From Eledone cirrhosa (lineage: Eukaryota): a DNA stretch of 64,000 bases. Shown here in pieces: positions 1 to 12,360 of the stretch. The translations under genes and the position numbers were made by a program. Within the stretch, counting starts at the first letter, position 1. Every line of letters begins with the position of its first letter. The notes under the pieces are model-generated. The model was not told the origin of the DNA. It did not search any database and saw nothing but the letters and a program-made list of their open reading frames with translations. The stretch covers positions 25,358,001-25,422,000 of the forward strand of contig OZ024755.1 in the NCBI GenBank assembly GCA_964016885.1, given 5' to 3'.

Positions 1-290
1 GATGAGGAGCCAAAATGATGGATGGGGTAAATATCAATGCATTTTAATGTCAGACTATGCAAGACCTTAGCAGGATTTAGAAGCCTCTGCAGTTTTCACA
101 AACACCAATAGAGATATATTATTTGTCAGGGATAGTCTAACGAGTTCACAGCCTTTATGTATAGATGTGTACGTATATGTATGAAAGTATATATATATAT
201 ATTGCTGTGAATGTATACATACGTATATACGTATGCATATATACATACATACATGCATATACATACATACATACATACATACATACATAC

Positions 291-918
291 ATGGTGGCTG
301 CCAACTCGTTTTCGAGTACGGCCACTACTTTATATCCATGTAGGAGAACCCCTACCGATGCGCTGAACGAGTGATGACTTTTGAGTCCAGCCAGCGACTT
401 GAAAACTCTGGTACAAACACTACACCTGTGACAATTATTGACACACAGTGCTGGGCCCATGGTACCATGTGATGACAAGTGCAGAGAGATCTCCAGATAT
501 AAAGCAATGCCTGTGCCGTGAAGCTTTTATAGTGAGCAAAGGCATTGCACAAAGCCAGTCCCACTCTCTTAACCAAGATGATATTTACCAAAAAGAAGAA
601 CAAGTCAACATCATTGGATACCATCAGGGTTGCAGGTGTTATATCAGAGTTTTCCTTCTCCTAGAATTCTGCCTTGACAAAGGCTAAGGGGTCATCTCTC
701 CCGGTGATTTTGGAAGCCCGGTGATTTTGGAAGGCCATTGACTCTTAAGAGCTCCTTTGCCCTTTGACAGGTTTTGTTTTTAGTCCTGCAGGATGTCCAA
801 AGTCACCCTCCTCACCAAGAAACCTTGGTGGGGTTGCCAGTTTAGTCGCCAACGACCCGACCATGAGACAGGTTGTACTGGGATACATGTTACCAGTAGC
901 ACCAACTGGTGACCTGAC
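291..918 (-). mobile_element. Non-autonomous bipartite RTE-derived retroelement, copy 1 (~610 bp plus small internal duplication), flanked by (TACA)n
   Basis: Near-identical to 42217-42825, 42903-43512, 44732-45341 and 62815-63425. Minus strand carries the RTE-type 5'UTR motif CTAGGAGAAGGAAAACTCTGA, a C2H2 remnant (CSVCTRVFKSLAGLKSH) and a (GTAT)n tail. CCGGTGATTTTGGAAG is duplicated at ~701-735. Confidence 0.85.
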
Positions 919-1104
919 ACAAACATACATACATACATACATACATACATACATACATACATACATACATACATACATACATACATACATACATACATAC
1001 ACAAGCTAGACACGAAGACAAACATCACCAGAATACATATTACAGTAACATATCAGTTTAACGCTTAAAATAGAATTATATACGTGTATGTATATATGTA
1101 TATA

Positions 1105-1140
<36 letters not shown>

Positions 1141-1171
1141 CTCGTGGCACATACACACATATATATGTATG

Positions 1172-1202
<31 letters not shown>

Positions 1203-1238
1203 ATAAATATATGTATGTATATATATATATATGTGTGC

Positions 1239-1329
<91 letters not shown>

Positions 1330-1466
1330 CTAGCATGCATGAATATGCGTATCTGTTTGTTTATATGGATAGCTAGCTGTTTGCTCCTCCAGGCAGCAAC
1401 GAAACACATTTTGTATTCCTCAATCTAAAATCTAAAACACCTATGGGACAAACACACTCTACGAGT

Positions 1467-1497
<31 letters not shown>

Positions 1498-1639
1498 TAT
1501 GTATATATACATATATATACATACAGACACGTGTATATAGGTCGTTTGCTACCCCCGTATGTCTGTCTGTTCTTGTGTGTGGTCCATCTTCCTAGAGACT
1601 GTTGAGATTCTCATGCTTCTGAAATTAAGACTGAAAGCA

Positions 1640-1830
1640 CATGAAGTAGTGCTATAGGTGTTCGGCTTACTATCACTTGTTCGTGAGTTCGATTCCCAGT
1701 GGTGCCTTGTGACATTGTCTGAGGTCGATCACCTTGGAACATGAGAAATGTCGTGTGGAGCAGGAAACATTAAAGAGGGGCCCGTGTAATATGACTTTAT
1801 CGTGCAATCGGGTGTGACCGCGTTTGCCTC
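1640..1830 (+). mobile_element. Degenerate tRNA-headed SINE fragment
   Basis: B-box-like GAGTTCGATTCC at ~1685 followed by a SINE-like body. Confidence 0.5.
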
Positions 1831-1844
1831 ACTAAAGCAAGTCT

Positions 1845-2105
1845 TACTACTACCACCACCACCACCACCACTGCTACTACTGTTATTACTGCTACCACCA
1901 CCATCACCACTACTAGTACTACTACCACTACTCCCCATTCAGCTTCAGAATGCAAAAAGAAGATGTAATAACATAAATTCTTAACAGTTACCATAGCAAC
2001 AGCGTAACATACACTGTTTGTTCTCCGGTCTTTCCTATATACACTTGTGTATCAGTAGTAGTAGTAGTAGTGTGGTAGTGATGGTAGTAGTAGTAGTAGT
2101 AGTAT

Positions 2106-2137
<32 letters not shown>

Positions 2138-2161
2138 TGGTGGTGATGGTAGTAGTAGTAA

Positions 2162-2199
<38 letters not shown>

Positions 2200-2211
2200 T
2201 GGTGGTGATGA

Positions 2212-2270
<59 letters not shown>

Positions 2271-2300
2271 TGGTGGTGATGGTGATGGTAGTAGTAGTAA

Positions 2301-2362
<62 letters not shown>

Positions 2363-2730
2363 AATGTGTGGAACATGAGTAATTAAACCTTAAAATATAT
2401 TTAACGATATTCGATAATCGTTGTCGTTACAACTACCACCACCACCACCAATACCACCACTACCACTACTACCAACACTACCACTACTACCACCATCACT
2501 ACCACTACTACCAACACTACCACCACCACCACCAACAACAACACCACCACTACCACTACTACCAACACCACCACTACCACTATTACCACCATCACTACCA
2601 CTACTACCAACACTACCACTACTACCAACACCACCACTACCAACACAACCACCATCACCACCACTACTACCAACATAACCAACACCACCACTACCAACAC
2701 TACCACCACCAACACCACTACAATCATCAT
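1845..2730. repeat. (TAG)n/(ACC/ACT)n trinucleotide microsatellite mosaics
   Basis: Direct inspection. Confidence 0.9.
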
Positions 2731-3061
2731 CCTGTTTGACAGAAACTATATGGAAGCCCATTAGATAGACTGTACCTGTAGTTCAGAGATTCAATCTTAA
2801 CAAGAACTACGTTAAGGGCACGTCTCTGTGGAATGCTCAGCCACTTTCACATTAATTTTGTGCACAGCCCTTTTCTTGGACAACCCCCTTGGCCTGCAGA
2901 GGAGACTGTGTGCATGGATGATCGCTGATCTTTCAAAAAACATTTTATCTAGGTAATGTCTTGGAGGGAGGAGTCTTGCTGGATCCCACTCTAGGTCAAT
3001 AAAGACTTAGAGCCTGCATCATCATATGTGTGTGTGTGTGTGTGTGTATGTATATACACAG

Positions 3062-3100
<39 letters not shown>

Positions 3101-3142
3101 TATATTTATTTATATATATATATGTGAGTGTGAGTGAAAGTA

Positions 3143-3211
<69 letters not shown>

Positions 3212-3452
3212 ACATATTGTTATACTTTGGCAGGGTCATGTTGCCAATAAGAAACACACGCACCAGGTGTTTCACTTCAATTTATTATAATAAAGTATAA
3301 CAATATCGGTTTCAACACACGTTTTCAGGTAAAGAATCTTGCTAAACAAATTCAGAAACGAAATATATATATATATATATATATACATTTATATTCATAT
3401 GTATATTAATTAATTTATTTATATATACATATATGTGTGAGAGAGAGAGAGA

Positions 3453-3518
<66 letters not shown>

Positions 3519-3799
3519 CTGTTGGTGGGGGATGTTTGTCACGTAAAATGGAGTTATACAGAAAACAACAAATAAACTATAAAATAAATGTTGCAATACC
3601 AACAACAACAACAATACTACTAATGAAGAGAAATACTATAATGAGATTGGAACCTGTTTTTCTCTACATATGCTACATACTGTAACTGAACTAATTAATA
3701 GAACATTATTGATTTATAGTTTTACTGATTACAACATTGATACTACTCATAGTTACTGTCAACTGTTGGTGGTTGTTGTTGTTGTTGTTGTTGCATTGG

Positions 3800-4380
3800 G
3801 GTAGTAGTGGTAATGCTGTGGTGGTGCTGGTAGTGTTGGTAGTGGTAGTAGAGGTTATATTGGTGGTAGTGGTGTTGGTAGGGGTAGTAGTGGTAGTGTT
3901 AGAGGTTATATTGAGGGTGGTAGTGGCAGTAGTAGTGGTGGTGGTAGTGTTGGTAGTGGTAGTAGTGGTAGTAGAGGTTATATTGGTGGTGTTGGTAGTG
4001 GTAGTAGTGGTATAGGTTATACTGGTGGTGGTAGTGGTAGTAGTAGTGTTGGTAGTGGTAGTAGTGGTGGTGGTAGTAGTGGTGGCGGTAGTGGTATAGG
4101 CTATATTGGTGGTAGTGGTAGTAGTGGTAGAGGTTATATTGGTGGTGGTGGTGGTGTTGGTAGTGTTATAGGATATATTGGTGGTGGTGGTAGTGTTATA
4201 GGCTATATTGGTGGTGGTAGTGATAGTAGTGGTGGTGGTAGTGGTATAGACTATATTGGTGGTGTTGGTAGTGGTAGTAGTGATGGTGGTGGTAGTAGTA
4301 GTAGTGGTAGAGGTTATATTGGTGGTAGTGGCAGTAGTAGTAGTGGTAGAGGTTATATTAGTGGTGGGAGTGGTGGTAAT
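3800..4380. repeat. Minisatellite of AG(A)GGTTATATTGG cores spaced by (GGT/AGT)n
   Basis: More than 10 recurrences of GGTTATATTGG-like cores. Confidence 0.8.
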
Positions 4381-4610
4381 ATAGCAGTTGTGTTGCTGGT
4401 GGTTGCAATATGTCCGTCAATCTACCGTTTATGTCTATCAGTCTTCATACTGTCGAGGTTCAGTTCGCGATCATGAATTCTCGGATTGGATATCACTAAG
4501 AACTTGAGCAAGTGTTTTCACTATAGCTATGGGCGGCTCCAAGCCTTGTGCGTGGATTGTGTGAGTTTGGGATTATGTTATGGGCACACGTGCTTGCTTA
4601 CATTCTAAAA

Positions 4611-4763
4611 CAGGCATAGGCAACCTTTTTCGTCAGTGGACCGCATATGGTGTTGCTCATCATAGTGCAGGCCACACTACTAAAAAAAAAACAAGGCATT
4701 TTTAAAATTAGGCGTGCCAAAAGGGCCACATGCGGCTTACGGGCCGCAGTTTGCCCATGACTG
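4611..4763. mobile_element. hAT (Charlie/MER58-like) MITE
   Basis: Imperfect TIRs CAGGCATAGGCAAC ... TTTGCCCATGACTG, subterminal GGGCCGCAG motif, NTCTAAAN/NTTTAGAN-like flanks. Confidence 0.7.
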
Positions 4764-5220
4764 ATTTAGATTCTAAAACAAGATGGACTGTACCTGCAAT
4801 TCAAAAGTCCAAGCACGGCAGACATTTTGTCTCACATATTCAGCTTGGGAATTACGTTAAGGATAAACGTGTCTATGGAATATTGAGCCTCATTCGACGG
4901 AGGATCATCAATCACAATAGCAACAACAGCAGCTCAGTGTTACATCCAGAGACCATGCAATGCTGTGTTTTAATCATCAATTGTAATTACTATACTTATG
5001 GTATTAATATAATTGTCATTAATAACAATAACAATAATTATTTTTATTATTATAGATGTAGTGGTGGTGGTGAGGTGGAGAATGGCAGGACTCGGTGATA
5101 ATGGAGATTGTAGGCATAGTGAGGGAGGGGTGGGTGTCGGTGGGGGTTAATATCGGAGGGGGCAAGGTGAAGATGGTGGTAGTGGAGATGGATCTAAATC
5201 AGTTAATTGTTAAATGAAAA

Positions 5221-5404
5221 TAATTGTTTCTACTTTTGGCACAAGGCCATCAATTACTCAGTGCATTACTGGTACCTTATTTTATCGACTCCCGTAAGGA
5301 TGAAAGGCAAAGTCAACCTCGGCGGGATTTGAACTCAGATCGTAAAGGGACGTAACTATGCTGGAAAGCATGGCGTCCGACCCTCTACCGATACTGCCAA
5401 TCCT
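5221..5404 (-). mobile_element. tRNA/Deu(Nin)-type SINE, short form
   Basis: Reverse complement of GAGTTCAAATCC B-box plus TTTGCCTTTCATCCTTACGGGGTCGATAAA core; many copies in window. Confidence 0.9.
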
Positions 5405-5772
5405 ATAATGATGATTGTTGTGATGATGTGATGACTAGTGTTACTGCAGTGGTTTGTTGGTGGTGGTATTAGTGTTGATTGCACTGACCTACCGTCAATT
5501 AACGCCCCTTCTTCCCTGATCAATATACTACTTCATATATATAGGTGTGTCTTTAACAATATCAGTCAATTTCCATGTTAACAAAGTGGATTGTTTCACA
5601 CGCAAAGACAATACATAGATGCTCCTACATACAGAATAGATATATATTTATGTGGGTTCAGAAATATAAATGTAGTCTTTATTTAAAGTAGCGTACGTGT
5701 ATATATACTGTATGTATATATACTGTATGTATATATATATTTATTTATACATATATATATATACATTTATTT

Positions 5773-5836
<64 letters not shown>

Positions 5837-5868
5837 TTATTTATACATATATATATATACATTTATTT

Positions 5869-5934
<66 letters not shown>

Positions 5935-6514
5935 TTATTTATACATATATATATATATATATATATAGTTATGTAATAAACAAATAAACAACATAAGATA
6001 ATTAATTCATTTACCAGTGGTTTCTTGAAGACAGATATTTATATCTGTCTTCAGTCGTCAGAACGAATAACATTTTATCTTGTTTATTACATAAGTAAAA
6101 CGCTCTGTAGCCTACATAGAGCACTCTCTTTTCCTTTACCTTTCCTACGGAAATACTTCATTTATATATATATATGTATGTGTATATGTGTGTGTATATA
6201 TATGTGTGTATGTATATATATATAGGAAAAAGCATGGCGTCCGACCCTCTACCGATACTGACAATCCACCGCCTTTTTTATAATAATAATAAAGTTAGTC
6301 GTATATTTGCAAGTAGTGCTAGCCAATTAGGTATAAAATGTTTGTTGGTAGAAGAGAAATGAAAGATGTTTTATTTACAACTAAACCGTTTGCCAAATCC
6401 TTAAGTTGAGAATAATCTCGCTAATCCTCAAAATCCATTAATCTTTTAATTTCATAGACTTAAAGTTAGGAGTGAAATGTACCAAAACTTCATTTTGAAC
6501 ACACACACAGACAT

Positions 6515-6551
<37 letters not shown>

Positions 6552-7164
6552 GGCTTATATATATCTATATAGGCTGATATATATATATATGTATATGAGA
6601 ATGTGCGTGCGTATGTGTCTGTGTATTCTATTATGGGCATTGATAAAACTAAAGAAATATTTGGGCATTTGCTAAAAAAACGATCTTCCGCTACATATCT
6701 ATGTGTGTTTGTTTATGTTCTTAATATTTAGTGACTTCCATTAACACAGCAAACATCAACACTGACACACCCAACGACAAACACACTCGACTAATTGATA
6801 ATTATCTCCTGGTTATAACTAAATCCACGAAAATATATTTGTAACAATTTAGCAGGAATTAATCATTTTATTACGGCCGAATCAGCGTCCTATTTCTCTA
6901 GAGTTTCGTCTCATGTTCATCAGATATAACATGTTTGAATACAGCCGAAACTACACAATTATTGGAGGTTAGCGTTCGATTTTGGGTATTGGCTGAGTTT
7001 CTGTTGACAGAGTGGAGCAATAACGATCTTATTTATGTATATATGTGTGTGTGTGTGTGTGTGTTAGGTAATTCCGAAGGAAGAGCAAAGGAAAAAAGAG
7101 TGCTCTATGTATAGAACAGAGCTATTTAATTAGAAATTGAACAACACAAAATATAACTACTCCA

Positions 7165-7306
7165 TTACCAAAGGTTTCTGGATCACAGACGATAATAATA
7201 TACGTCTGGATCTGTAGTCAGATAGAGATGTTATGGATAACATATCTGTCTGACGACCGACCCAGACGTATATTATTATCGTCTGTGATCCAGAAACCTT
7301 TGGTAA
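7165..7306. mobile_element. 142-bp palindrome containing hammerhead ribozyme motifs (Penelope-like pLTR remnant)
   Basis: Arms complementary about 7235/7236. + arm: CTGACGA...GAAACC-TTT-GGTA. - arm: CTCTAT-CTGACTA...GAAACCTTTGGTA-ATGGAG, with stem I CTCTAT/ATGGAG. Confidence 0.75.
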
Positions 7307-7329
7307 GTAAATATATATATATATATATC

Positions 7330-7579
7330 AGAGCTGTACGGGAGCCTCCCAGAAGTCAGCTCGAAAGTAACACAGAAGAGACTGAGGTTAGCTGGACATT
7401 CTCACCGGGTTCAGAGTTGACACTGCACTCAGTGCCCCTGTGGGAGCCCCTACACGGACATACTAGAAGAGAGAGACCGAGGTTGACATATGTGGATGCC
7501 CTAAGGACAGACACAGGTCTCTTGGAGACACAGGACATGTTGGCTCGTCCATGGATCTAGGGAATTTTACCCGCCCAAG

Positions 7580-7580
<1 letters not shown>
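7330..7580 (+). mobile_element. 3' fragment of RTE-group LINE (degenerate)
   Basis: Encodes PLWEPLHGHTRRERPRLTYVDALRTDTGL; homologous to 35030-35372. Confidence 0.75.
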
Positions 7581-7622
<42 letters not shown>

Positions 7623-7777
7623 GTAAACAGAAATAACAAATGATAGTGTACAATGAAGAAATATATTATTTAACGCTTAAAATAATAGGAAAAGAGTCTT
7701 AAAGTTTCGGACTCCAGTCCTTCGTGAGAAATAAAAGATGAAATAGAAAGATATAAGGAAAAAAACACACGTGCGTT

Positions 7778-7860
<83 letters not shown>

Positions 7861-7935
7861 GAAGGAAATGTGGTAAGGAACCAGGTGGACCATAACGCAC
7901 CAAAGTACTCAATACTTAGGGTAGTAGAGTGGGTA

Positions 7936-8060
7936 ATAGGAACGAGTAGGACCCCGACGGCTGAGCTCAAGCCGTTTCGACGGCTAATTCTGGACTAGAA
8001 TTTTAGTCCAGAATTAGCCGTCGAAACGGCTTGAGCTCAGCCGTCGGGGTCCTACTCGTT

Positions 8061-8065
<5 letters not shown>
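7936..8065. repeat. 130-bp near-perfect palindrome carrying the 3' half of a hammerhead on each strand
   Basis: Symmetric about 8000/8001; GAAA-CGGC-TTGAGCTCA-GCCG-TC = stem III plus GUC site; relatives at ~22615-22700 and ~62157-62260. Confidence 0.8.
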
Positions 8066-8113
<48 letters not shown>

Positions 8114-8143
8114 AGATCAAAAGATGGTTAAAAGAGTTCTATG

Positions 8144-8214
8144 TATTTTATTATGCGCATTTCAAAAACAAATATCATCATGCAATAACATTTGTGTTTT
8201 CATCAGATAAAATA
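8144..8214 (-). ncRNA. Type I hammerhead ribozyme (intact core) in PLE-like element ~8106-8272
   Basis: TATTTTAT-CTGATGA-[stem II]-GAAA-TGCGCA-TA-ATAAAATA; 8-bp stem I; palindromic stem III. Confidence 0.8.
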
Positions 8215-8267
8215 GGAAGACATGATATGAAGGTTAAAAAACACTTGTGAATAGTGCACTTTTAAAT

Positions 8268-8315
<48 letters not shown>

Positions 8316-8342
8316 GCCTATATATATATGCCTATATATATG

Positions 8343-8410
<68 letters not shown>

Positions 8411-8440
8411 TATATATATATATATATGCCTATATATATG

Positions 8441-8486
<46 letters not shown>

Positions 8487-9669
8487 TGTACATATAAATA
8501 TATGTATATATGTATATGCCTTCGTGTGTATATATATAGATATAGATATATATATATATATACACATAAATCAACAAATGCATAAGTGCATGCAATGAAC
8601 AACATGAGACATCGCCTAGCCTGAGGTTAATTGGTCATGTGATCGATTCATTCAATACCTCACCACCCCACCACCATCTACTACTCTAGATTATCTATAA
8701 CATTGACAACAAACCATTACTCTGCCTCATTATCGAGGTGATCGATATATTGATAGATTTAGTTTCCATTTCAAATGCTACTGTGTAAAACCATGCACCT
8801 GGTTGGACCTCCGTCGGTTTCGACGATGTATGCTCCAGTGAAGTTGAGTTTCTTGTCAATTCGTGACAGTTTATTGTTGATGGATCGATTATATATATAT
8901 ACACGTGTGTGTGTATATATATATATATGTATATATTATAATTATATAAATAAACACATCATTTACATACACGTGTGTATGTAAGTGTGTGCGTGTTTAT
9001 GTAGTGTATTTATATGTAAACCCTGTGTGTAAGTTTATTAAATAGATTTTCACCTCATAGATCCAGCGTCTTGGGTTATACTGCTTGTATACATCCATGC
9101 ATAAAATGTATATAAATCGCATTGTATTGTTGTCTACAACCACCATTTTTATAACCCACACCACTAATTCTCTTCTCTTGTTATAGCAATCGTTACAGCC
9201 TACTTTCTTGTTTACTTGTCTTCTGATTTTATTTCTGTTCTTGTCAACAAAAGCTTTTCACATTAGTTCCCACCTTTTTACGGCATTTAGAACAGGGTGT
9301 GAGTGTGTGTATGTTATTGTCTGCGTTTGGGTGCTACATGTGTTCACCAGCTTATATGCGTGTATCTATAATATAAAGACAGTTTATATATTCTTTGCCC
9401 AATACACTGACCGGTCCCACCTCAAGCTATAAAAACGTTACATTGGCCACTGATATAGAGGGTCACCTGGCTCATCCGAGGACATCGTGCCACCTTCCTC
9501 TCTTTCTACTCCTCCCTTCCTCTTCACCTCTTTTATTTCTACCACTTCTCTGTCAACCTCCATCTCTCCGCCATCTTTAAGCCCACTGGCTCTCACTCCT
9601 AACTCAAGTTTCCTCTTCCCATTCTACCCGCAACATACGCGTCTAGAATGAGCTAGGTATGTACTCTCT

Positions 9670-9712
<43 letters not shown>

Positions 9713-9847
9713 AACAGTGAGTTATTTAATTTGTTGATTATTCAACAAAGTTAATTTATAACAGGTTAGAAGCACTCAACAGTTTTCTTCTGGAGTATAA
9801 TATCAATAATATTAATAAATGGAAACTATCTTTATATAACCATATTT

Positions 9848-9906
9848 ATTTTATTATATATATTTAAAGGGTACCAGTATTTTGGTACGCCCTCATCAGA
9901 TAAAAT
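9848..9906 (-). ncRNA. Hammerhead ribozyme remnant (GAAA mutated to TAAA)
   Basis: ATTTTAT-CTGATGA-GGGCGTACCA aaatac TGGTACCCTT-TAAA-TATATA-TA-ATAAAAT. Confidence 0.65.
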
Positions 9907-10056
9907 ACAAAAATTGGTTTTACAGATAGTGACATATCTACATACGAACTTAATGTTATGAGTTCTATGTATATACAGGAGGGGTATTTTCAATTTCTAA
10001 CATTTATTAAAATATTCTATTCTCGTCCTTAACTTTCTCTTTTTTTTATACTTCAG

Positions 10057-10357
10057 GTATCCATCGTACATCTACCCGACGTCAGCCGGTGCCACAGCCG
10101 CCACCTACATGACAGCACCGAGTGTACTCCTGCCTCATTCATCCTTGTCACCAACAACTGCTGGACAATATGTAGAATATGCCTCACCACCTTACACAGG
10201 ACAGTTTCCCAACGGATACGAAGCCTACCCTTACTCTACGGCCACGAATGGCTATGTCACGCCGGCGGCCTATACATATGCTGTCCCTCAGGCGTTAGCA
10301 GCTGGGGCTGGACATTACCCACACTTCCAGGCACAACAAATCCAGGAAAGATTGTAA
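10057..10357 (+). CDS. RBM24: Terminal coding exon of RBM24/RBM38 (SUP-12/SEB-4 family) RNA-binding protein
   Basis: Strong acceptor (pyrimidine tract, CTTCAG ending at 10056, phase 2). Reads YPSYIYP...VLLPH...QYVEYA...YEAYPYS...GYVTPAAYTYAVPQ...FQAQQIQERL*, matching by recall the RBM24/38 C-terminus (YVYP, YIDY, YDQYPY, GYVT, YAV, YQPQQLQ.DRMQ). RRM exons are not in the window. Confidence 0.85.
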
Positions 10358-11343
10358 AAAAAAAATAATAAATAAATACAAACAAAATTACTTATAAAAA
10401 ATACACAAAAATATAAATATATAAACAAAATAATAATTTTCAAGATGGTTCAAAAAGGATAAATCTGCATCAAACATGAAATATAGGAGTTAAAAAATTA
10501 CAAAACAAAAAGAGGATTAAATCAAGACAGAAACTGTTCACCATATATAGATTGTTATAACCATAAATATTATTGACAAGTATACGAAATGTGAGAGAGG
10601 GAGAGAGAGAGAGAGCGAGGGAGAGAGAGAGAGAAACAGAGAGAGAGGGAGAAAGAAAGATGAAGAGAGGATGGGAGAGAGAGAGAAGGAGAAATAAACC
10701 AAGCAACAAACGCAATCAAAACAGGAAACGGAAATACATATATTTAATAACGAAAATGAAAGGAGGCTAAGAGTTAACTATTATTTTTTAAAAAAATTTT
10801 CCACGAAGAAATCGATAATCGATAGAAAGGAATGAATATTGAGTTTCTGGATAATAGTAACAATAATGACATCATCAACAACGACGAAAAAGAACCGAAA
10901 TGATGATGGACAAATATATGAACACATACACTCATATACAGACATACTCGCGCATACATACTCACACACAAATTCACATATATAAAGACGATATAAATGA
11001 AATGATTCAAAATCTTTACCATCATTGACAACAACAACAACAATCATATCAATATAAACTGCAATATCTTGATACAAAAATTATGAAAAAAAAAAAAAAA
11101 AATCCGCACAAATATACCATCTGAAAAAAATAAATTAATTAATATTAATAATAATTATAATAAATAAATTAATTAATTAAATAATAATAATAATAATTAA
11201 TAATAATAATTATAATAATAATGTAAAAACTACAATGACGTCACTACTAACTTCCAACACATATCCATATGCAAATGCTCATAAATACACACGAATATGC
11301 ACTGTCTCATGCATACATGCGCTTATATAAATACACACTCACT

Positions 11344-11463
<120 letters not shown>

Positions 11464-11592
11464 ATATATATATATAATATATATACATATATATGTAACA
11501 TATATATATATAATACATATATATATATAATACATATATATATATAATAGATATATAATATATATATATATAACATAGCATATATGTACATA

Positions 11593-11639
<47 letters not shown>

Positions 11640-12069
11640 CATACACAACACACACACACACCCACACATATGTATATGTGTGGGTGATACAAATGATCAA
11701 AGGCCTGTAAGACAGGTGTGATACAAGAGGAAAAAAAAAATCTACGTTCAATAATAATAATAATAATAATAATGATTGTAGAGGTGCATAAATGTCGTAG
11801 TGGTTGCTAAACATCGACAGATATTCTATTGCACGAGACAAATAGAATGGTGATCAGTATGGCCGCTATTACCGCCTCCACCACCACCACCAACAACAAC
11901 AGCAACAACGCCACCACCACTAGCATAATCAGCTGACGTAGAATGGTTCATTTCTGCACTACCGGCATAAACGCTGTAATTCCAAGCACTACCACCACCA
12001 CTACCACCACCACCACCACCACCACTACCACAAATACTTTAACTGCTGTTGCTCTATGTGTTACTTGTG

Positions 12070-12360
12070 AGGACGTGATTTAGTGGTTAGTGTGTTCGTT
12101 TTTCGATCGTGAGGTCGTGAGATTGATTTCCGACGGCTCGTTCTGTTCTTGAGCAAGACACTTTACTTCACGTTGTTACCGTCCACTCAGCTGGAAAATA
12201 TGAGTTGTACCAGTAATTCAAAAGGCCAGCTTCGTCACATAATATTTCACAATGAATCTTCCTGAGAATTACGTTATGGCTGAACGTGTCTGTAGAATGC
12301 TCAACCTCTTATACGTTGATTTCACATTGTGTTGTCGTCGGAACTGACGGAATTTCAACA
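12070..12360 (+). mobile_element. tRNA-headed SINE (CTTGAGCAAGACACTT-core family), degenerate
   Basis: A-box TAGTGGTTAG and core CTTGAGCAAGACACTTTACTTCACG, also seen at ~25645 and 56818. Confidence 0.7.

Noticed and set aside
448-687. Recurrent 79-90-aa ORFs (MLGPWY..., MVSNDV...) as a small-protein family
   Set aside because: Recurrence reflects copy identity of a young repeat; frameshifted in copy 2 and no recognisable domain
800-918. Canonical HDV-like ribozyme
   Set aside because: A GG-hairpin-CTAA signature is present, but P1/P3/L3 could not be assigned consistently in both families
9420-9480. TATAAAA, ATTGG and CACCTG as a promoter or muscle enhancer
   Set aside because: Short motifs expected by chance; no independent support
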